Part shown: positions 55,766 through 64,000 of the stretch, in pieces
Layout of the letters: the number at the start of each line of letters is the position of its first letter
Numbering within the stretch: the stretch's first letter is position 1
Assembly (NCBI GenBank): GCA_964016885.1
Contig: OZ024742.1
Span: 138,384,001 to 138,448,000, forward strand
Reading direction: 5' to 3'
Length of the DNA: 64,000 nt
Source: Eledone cirrhosa
Taxonomy: Eukaryota
Made by a program: the position numbers and the translations under genes
Notes under the pieces: generated by a model
Database searches by the model: none
What the model was told of the DNA's origin: nothing
Seen by the model: the letters and a program-made list of their open reading frames with translations, nothing else

Positions 55766-56064
55766 GTAACCTTTATATTAAATTTTTATAAAAATGAGTT
55801 TTAAAAGAAGCGTTTAACTGTGTTGTTAATAAATAAATAAAACATTATACTTGTATTACCCTCCCACCTCCAGTTCACCGAACGCTGCTATCATGACTGC
55901 ATGTATGTGTTTGTGTAAATGTATATGTGTGAATGTGTGTTTGTATAAATGTATTTGTGTGAAAGTATATCAATGAGTGTTTATTTTTATAAGTTTGTGT
56001 TTGCGCGATTATAGTTACAATTGATATATATATAGTGACTGTTACAGATATATATATATATATA

Positions 56065-57241
56065 TGATAAACACGAAATGTGTTTATATTGCAACAGACA
56101 AAGTTAGCTATTAATGAAATAAACTAATTAAAGTAAATACAATTTGTCTGTCTCGATATAAGTCAATAAAGACAAGCTTATATTGGCAACGGCCATGATT
56201 CCTGGACATATTTAAATTTAAAAATTCAAACCTGTTCTGTAGACGAATTTGAATCTCGAAACCCAAATAAGTTTCGCAACGGTGGAATGTGAATTGAAAA
56301 ATAAAGAGAATCGAAATGGAATAGAAATAAAAGAGTGAAATATCCAAATCTTCTGTGCTTATCAACAGGAATCCAGTAAAATTAGTCTATCTCACATCAA
56401 AAATTTTGCAGGTCTAACTACACGTGTGCAGGCAGGCCAAAACTAGCTATCCGGCATTCACGGTGCTAGAAATAAGAGCCGCTTATGCAGGATTAAGGCT
56501 CAGCTCTACAATAAAGGAGCTATACATTATATTATATTATGAGAATAAACTCTCAGTCGTTTACAATAATTAAGCTCCAGGAAGGGGCTCTTCCGAGCAG
56601 TTAAATACATTTAGAATATATGATAAACACGAAATGTGTTTATATTGTAAACGACTGAGAGTTTATTCTCAAAATATAATATAATGTATAGCTCCTTTAT
56701 TGTAGAGCTGATCCTTAATCCTGCATAAGCGGCTGTTATTTCTAGCACCGTGAATGCCGGATAGCTAGTTTTGGCCTGCCTGCACACGTGTAGTCAGACC
56801 TGCAAAATTGTTGATGTGAGATAGACTAATTTTACTGGATTCCTGTTGATAAGCACAGAAGATTTGGATATTTCACTCTTTTATTTCTATTCCATTTCGA
56901 TTCTCTTTATTTTTCAATTCACATTCCACCGTTGCGAAACTTATTTGGGTTTCGAGATTCAAATTCGTCTACAGAACAGGTTTGAATTTTTAAATTTAAA
57001 TATGTCCAGGAATCATGGCCGTTGCCAATATAAGCTTGTCTTTATTGACTTATATCGAGACAAACAAATTGTATTTACTTTAATTAGTTTATTTCATTAA
57101 TAGCTAACTTTGTCTGTTGCAATATAAACACATTTCGTGTTTATCATATATTCTAAATGTATTTAACTGCTCGGAAGAGCCCCTTCCTGGAGCTTAATTA
57201 TTGTAAACGACTGAGAGTTTATTCTCAAAATATAATATAAT
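56065..57241. repeat. Young inverted duplication of a ~555-bp unit; each arm is terminally redundant in a different permutation
   Basis: Mirror ORFs 56111-56365(-) and 56846-57100(+); tgataaacacgaaatgtgtttatattg at 56065 and 56621; attgtaaacgactgagagtttattctc at 56644 and ~57200. Confidence 0.93.
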
Positions 57242-57291
57242 ATATATATATATATACACACGTATATATATATATATATATATATATACAC

Positions 57292-57346
<55 letters not shown>

Positions 57347-57887
57347 ACAGTCACTACTCTCTTTATATACAATCTCTCTTTCTCGCTCTAGCAATTTTAT
57401 AAAATCAAAGAACAACAACATACACACACGCACACACATCAGCATGTTGAAAAAAATCCAAATCGATTCATCTTTCTCTTTCTCTCTCTCTCTCTATATA
57501 TATATAGTATAGATATACCGGAAGTATTTAAATTTGAATTTTTTTTAAAGAAGTGAGTCTTGAACTGTGCAATAATATTTTTAATATATGTTTAATCATG
57601 TGTTACGAAATTTAGTAGATAAATTATGTAATTTTCATTCATTATTTATTGAAATTAATCCAACTTATTTTACAAACTGGATAACAAATTATATTCTGGT
57701 TGCAGTCCCACAATCCTTTCTGTATTATAGTTAAGATACATCGTGTATCGACAGTAATTAAAGTCGAATGAAGTGACATCTAAAGATCAGCGACTTTTAG
57801 ACACACCGGACTAATGAAACAATTGATAATATTTTAAATAAACCCTACAGTACAGACGACCGTGTTATTCTTCATTCTATATAGTAA

Positions 57888-58120
57888 TAATAATAATTGT
57901 TTCTACTTTTGGCACAAGGCCAGCAATAACTCCAGTGTATTACTGGCACTTTATTTTATCGACTCCGTAAGGATGAAAGGCAAAGTTAACCTCGGCGGGA
58001 TTTGAACTCAGATCGTAAAAGGACGTAACTATGCTGGAAACCATTTCCGACCCCTCTACCAATAATAATTGTTTCTACTTTAAGCACAAGGCCAGCAATT
58101 ACCCAGTGCATTACTGGTAA
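57888..58120 (-). mobile_element. SINE family A plus a partial second copy
   Basis: Same consensus as the other family A copies. Confidence 0.88.
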
Positions 58121-58597
58121 TAATAATAATAATATTTATATATAAGTATAAATATTATTATTACTAATATCTACTCCTTGTTGAGCTGACATATATAAAT
58201 TTAGCGGTACGTTGATCAACGATTTTCTTCCTTTGTCTGTAAAGAACATACCTATCCCATCTAAAGATGCATGTGAAAAACTACTGATTAATAGTTTCAA
58301 TTCTTTTATTAAAAGAGTTAGATGGAGGACTTTCCACTATGATAGGAACCGCGCTCTGAAAGACCAGGATGCACCTTTGTTTGAATCATACGGTTTCAAA
58401 ACATATAAAAGCCCTCCACATAATACCTTATTGGTCTCATTTGAAAATGACCTTGTGTCACTTTTTAAAAAAAATTAAACACAGAAAATACTACAATAAG
58501 AAGAACAGCTTTCTAAATAACCTAAATTCCACTATCAAAGACTTTAATAAAAATAGGAATATCTTAGTACTAGCTGATAAAACTAAAAACATATATA

Positions 58598-58702
58598 GCC
58601 TCCGAGGTTGACTTTGCCTTTCATCCTTACGGGGTCGATAAAATAAAGTACCAGTAATGCACTGGGTGATTGCTGGCCTTGTGCCTAAAGTAGAAACAAT
58701 TA
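58598..58702 (+). mobile_element. 5'-truncated SINE A inserted into the PLE
   Basis: ccgaggttgactttgcctttcatccttacggggtcgataaaataaagtacc interrupts the frame after KTKNIY. Confidence 0.88.
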
Positions 58703-59139
58703 TGATACATATAGAGAATAAATAGAAAGGAACTCAATAAAAACTACAAAAAGAAACATTTCATAAAAACCTAGACGATATAAATATTGAAGCCCCTAGT
58801 TTAATATGTAAATTAGGACTAGAGAGATATATTCAAACTTACACCCTTAATCCCCCACGATTCTCTCTGTAAGACCATAAGGAAGACTTCAACACCAACC
58901 CATCTATTAGACTAATTTGCCCCACCAGATCCGACATTGGTATTATTAGTAAAAGAATTTATGATAAAGTTCTCCTCCAAATTAAGCAAAAAATCCATTT
59001 AACTCTGGGGAAACGCTAGCCTGGTAATCGAATGGTTTAATGGTATTAATGAAAATAATAATAAGAAATTTATCCAAATAGATATAAACTCTTACTACAC
59101 CTCGATTTCACCAATCCTTTTAAATAAATCACTAATAAT

Positions 59140-59327
59140 TGTTTCTACTTTAGGCACAAGGCCAGCAATTACCCAGTGCATTACTGGTACTTTATTTTAT
59201 CGACCCCGTAAGGATTAAAGGCAAAGTCAACCTCGGCGGGATTTGAACTCAGATCGTAAAGCGACGTAACTATGCTGGAAAGCATGGCGCCCGACCCTCC
59301 ACCGATACTGCCAATCCACCGCCAATG
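59140..59327 (-). mobile_element. Full SINE A inserted into the PLE with a 10-bp target-site duplication
   Basis: cactaataat at 59130-59139 and 59328-59337. Confidence 0.9.
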
Positions 59328-62300
59328 CACTAATAATGGCCATGAATAATAGTGAACTTACTAGATCCCAGGTAGATGCGGCCAGGAAAACCATAATTGC
59401 ATTTGAAGACCAATGATGGACCCGCAAGAATGCACCCAACCACTTCGATATCACTATGGGATCTAGCGACTCGGCACAGGTTACTGACTTAGTTGGTTTA
59501 TTTCTCTTAAATGAAATACATAAGAATCTACCTTACCTTAACGGTGATATCTATCGAGACGACGCACTTTTCCTCCTAGATTAAAAAAAATTAATATAGG
59601 AAGAACTAGAAAACAATTACATAAAGTATTTAAAAACATCAACTTATGTATCACTTTAGATAAAAACACCAAACAATGTTAACTTCCTTGGCGTTACTCT
59701 CTACTTAGACTCTAAAACGTATACACCTTATCATAAATCCAATGAAAAACTTTTCTATGTTAATACCAACTCTAACTACCCCAAATCTGTATTGACCTCA
59801 ATCATTAAAGGGGTATCTAATAGAATTTCTAGTCTTTCTTACAACGAGACTACATTTAACTGTAACTCCCAATACTATAATGAAGCCTTAACTCGTTCGG
59901 GCCATAGAGATAAAATTTAATTTAAATCTAAATCGTCATCTATCCATAAACAATCTAGTATAATTTCACACATCATGGCCATGAATAAAATTAAATATAA
60001 TCATAGTATTGAAAATCCCGACTCCAATACAGAGGGTATCAAAACGTTTAACTTACACCACAACAATAATCCTAAGAAAAACCACAGAAAGAAATATTAG
60101 GTTAAAAACAAAAATATAAACAATAAGGTAACTAACACCACACAAAACAATAATATAAATAACAATCATAAGAAGAATAGAAGAAGTAACACATTTTTTA
60201 ATCCTCCGTTCAAATAAAATATCTCAACCAACATACCTAAAGCTTTCTTCTCTATTTTAGACAAAAACTTCCCAACTAACCGTAAATACCACACCTTATT
60301 TAACAAAAATACCATTAAAATCTCCTACTCCACCACACAGAACATATAGCCAGCAGTAACAAGAGGAAGATTAAAAAGTACTTCAGATTACACGAAGTTA
60401 ATAATGTCCAACATAGAAATAGCCTTAACAATAACTCAGTATAGGACTATACTGCAAGTAATAGTAATAATACCAATAATAATGATAATAATACTTACCA
60501 TAATCTTATTACTAGAAGTATAAATAGAAATAACCACTAAAATTCATACCCCCTTAACCAATATACTAGTTACCAAAACAAGTGTAATTGTAGACCAATT
60601 GAACATGCCCATTAAGTAAGAACTGCCTTATCAAAGACATTATCTACTCCTGTACTGTCACTGCTAATCATATTTCTAAAGTCTATATAGGTTCAACATC
60701 GAATAGCTTTAAGATCAGATATAATTCGTTCCTCCATTCGTTCAGAAACCCTAGACTTAGTAATGTAACTTCACTATCCACATACATACACTCATTAAAA
60801 TCAATTAATATACCATACACCTTAGAATGGGAAGTGATAGCTAAGGCCTCTTCATATAAACCACCTAACAAATTTGTTAACCTTTGCATCCTCGAGTCTA
60901 GAACTCATTCATTCTAATCTTAGCCTGTTAAATAGGAAATCAGAGATTTTTTTTCCACTTGTCCACATTACCACAGATTCTCTTTCTACTACTTCAAACA
61001 AAGTAGCTAATAAAAATAAAAATAAAAACCAATGTCGGAGATAATACTAGACCACCACTTTTAAATTTATCCCATTAGATGTTTGTAACTATATAACTAC
61101 ACCTTAACTTAAAAAAACACCAACATATATCCTGTCCAATATTTCTTCTTAGTTATCAAATTAGCACCATTAATTATATATATATATTAATAAACCCCTT
61201 CTTTGATCTCTCACCTAATACAATTCTAATTCTTCTCAATAACCAAATAAATAAATAATTTAGACACCCAGATATACTCTCAATACCAACCTTTAAAATA
61301 ATATATAACTCTAATTAAATAGCTGACAACTGTGTATATAACACTAATTACTCTATTATATATTATATAATTCCCTATCTTGTCATAAAAAAACTCTCTG
61401 CACAATCTTTCCTCGCTTACTTTTCGCACGGTTAAGGTGTGTCTTTCGTCTTCTCGTCAATATTCACAAGTTCTTATGTTCAAATGAATCATTGACTTGA
61501 TTTTCTCATTTTTCTTCTCTTTACGTTGCCTCACCATTCGTGTTTGTTTACCTGTCTCTCTTTCTCCGCCCAATTCTTTTTATCCCAATAACTTATTTTA
61601 GTTTTTGTTCGCGCTAGCCTGAAGTATCTGGTCGTTAATACGAGGAAATACCTATGATGGCTAGTAGACCACTGATGATGGATAGTCCTGGCTTCTATTT
61701 CTAATTCTTCATTTTAATTTATATATATATATATTCTCACACACATATATATATATTATAGATACATATATATATTATATAAACCCCTATCTCGTTATGA
61801 AAAATGTTTAACTCTCTCCATACAATTGGAATAGATAAGAATAACAAATAATTTTTGATATATAATTAATAATCATTAATAACATTTTATAATTTATAAA
61901 TATTAATGAAAGATGACTTTCAATAGATAATAAAATCCCTTTACAATAATAAAACAACCCTTAATTTATCAATAACCTTAATTACCTCCCTTTGTTATTA
62001 ACTCCCCTGGACAACACCACTTCCTGTGTAAATTCATAAAGTAAAGTTAAAACAACTCAACGGCTTATCAACAGCCTAATAACTATTAATGGAACTCGCA
62101 CATAAAGCATACTCTAATATTCCTTAATAGAAAATTTAAAGATAGGAATGCATAGTATAATTTACTTACTATAACAACATGGCCTGTAATTCAGTGGCAT
62201 TTATTTTTACCAAACACATACCTATAAACTATACACATCTAAAAAAATTACGTCTAAAACTTAGGAAATTCCCTGGTTAATAGATCTGAGTTACCCCAAC

Positions 62301-62833
62301 ATATACGAACTCAAATATCAAAATGATTGAATGAAAATTACCTATCTAATTCAATCACGCACTTTTGCATTACATCTCACATAGCATATACCTATTTTAT
62401 CACCACATATCTCCCTACCGTATAGCACACCATTTTAAAAAATGCAAACATTTCTAACACTTATATGCTTATATGCTTATTTCAGCTATAATATAACTCT
62501 TATCTCATACATGCCTTATTGATTGTATTGACTCTTGCATTATATGGCCTTAACGTTACCTGATTTCCAATGCTATGATATCTTATGTCTATCCTATCTT
62601 ACATTTTTTCTTCCTTGTACCTTTTGCGCATGTATTACCTTAAACAATACCTTTATACATAACATGCTTATTTTTCACTTTTCACCATTGCTCCTTGTAA
62701 TTGTGTTCTTTGAAGCATAACATTATTTTACCTCCCGATTTTCTATATGATGTCTAGGACACTGACAACAGTTATGTATCTACCTAAATGTTCTGAAGAC
62801 TAGGATTTTAATCACCTGTTTAGACATTCTCTA

Positions 62834-62880
62834 TGCTCTGATGATGTCAGACATCTCTCTGGAAGAAACAATTGTCAGCA
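62834..62880 (+). ncRNA. Type I minimal hammerhead ribozyme
   Basis: tgct-CTGATGA-tg-TCAGA-catctc-TCTGG-aa-GAAA-CAATTG-TC-agca, then AATAAA at 62881. Confidence 0.85.
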
Positions 62881-63078
62881 AATAAATGTATTAAATAAGA
62901 TTTGATTGTTTTAACATTTTGTATATATATATATATTTGTTCGGAAAAGATTGTTTTGGTAAAAACAGGAGTAAGCAGGAGAAAGCTCTCAACAATCGTT
63001 GTTTTTAGTTACGATGGAGAATTTTATAAAAATAACAAAATAAAATAATTATATATATATATACAATATATATATATA

Positions 63079-63082
<4 letters not shown>

Positions 63083-63153
<71 letters not shown>
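63083..63153. repeat. (GA)n microsatellite
   Basis: Seen directly. Confidence 0.95.
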
Positions 63154-63157
<4 letters not shown>

Positions 63158-63677
63158 GTTGTGATTGAGGTAGATGGTGATGAGTAAGAGTACGCAAGTA
63201 TTAATGGAGAACTGTGGGAAAAATATAGTATGGGAAGGTGAGTACGGAAGGAATGTGAAATGAGAAAGATAAGACTAAGGGTATGGTGAAGGTATATAAG
63301 GTACTGGGCTTATTTCTGTGTGCAGTTTTGGAAGTTCAGTTTCACCCCCTTCTTTTACTACTTTTCTCGAATTACTCCCATTTTCTTCCTTCTCATACAC
63401 TTAGCCTTGTATTCAAAAGCTTATTCCCTGCTATCGTCTAAAAAAAACCTTAACTCCGTTAGCTTTTTATTGGCCTTTTATATCTCTTGCTCTCGGTCAC
63501 TTTACTTCTCTTTAATACATAACTCTATCTATTTCCTCTCTATCTTATGTCACTTTTCTATCTCTCCCTTTAGCCCCCAGTTAGAGCAAGCTCCATGTCT
63601 TCTACTTTCCAAGAATATGATGACGTATCTATTCATTTATTTATTTAACTACCTATCTATCTACACACGCGCGCGCG

Positions 63678-63830
<153 letters not shown>

Positions 63831-64000
63831 TGTAAATGTGTATGTGTTAACTTTTTATTTCTTTATTTGTGTGAGGATTCTGAAAGTTGTACGTGGATCT
63901 AACACTTCACAAATTATTATACGTAGAGTTTTGTTTCTTTTTCCACGTAATCTCCAACCCAAAACCTGATATGAAACAAAGTTTTAAATATTTTACTATG

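Larger units (their letters stand above)
58212..61010 (+). pseudogene. Near full-length decayed PLE ORF with two SINE insertions
   Basis: N-terminus SVKNIPIPSK...FIKRVRWR, ILVLADKTKNIY; later FDITMGSSDSAQVTDLVG, IYRDDAL, FNPPF, KCNCR, VYIGSTSNSFKIRY; many stops and frameshifts. Confidence 0.88.

Noticed and set aside
56111-57100. Duplicated 84-aa ORF as a gene pair
   Set aside because: By-product of the inverted duplication; non-ATG start and no homology recognised
58212-61010. Selenoprotein (UGA-recoded) PLE
   Set aside because: Stops are mostly TAA/TAG with frameshifts, and the TGA at ~59414 is not at a conserved Cys position; this is ordinary decay
61613-61690. HHR candidate downstream of the 58-61-kb PLE
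   Set aside because: The core reads CTGAAGT with no clean stems II or III, and the nearby CTGATGA has no matching GAAA

Overview
AT-rich, repeat-dominated animal genomic DNA with no confidently identifiable host gene. The SINE/LINE content and very long (TA)n tracts suggest a cephalopod such as Octopus (inference). Contents: five Penelope-like retroelement (PLE) copies or fragments (RT plus GIY-YIG with a CxCx5Cx5C linker, Naiad-like), a 5'-truncated RTE LINE and other LINE fragments, a decayed full-length mariner, and many tRNA-derived SINEs. Most ORFs in the track are microsatellite artefacts. The most striking signal is an unusual density of type I hammerhead ribozyme (HHR) motifs. These include a six-copy ~423-bp tandem array with one minimal HHR per unit (27421-30017, retrozyme-like) and at least 8 further HHRs in unrelated non-coding units. 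Many of those units show the PLE-style geometry of a 5' inverted segment plus terminal redundancy inside (TA)n. All structures were read by eye, so coordinates may be off by a few bases.
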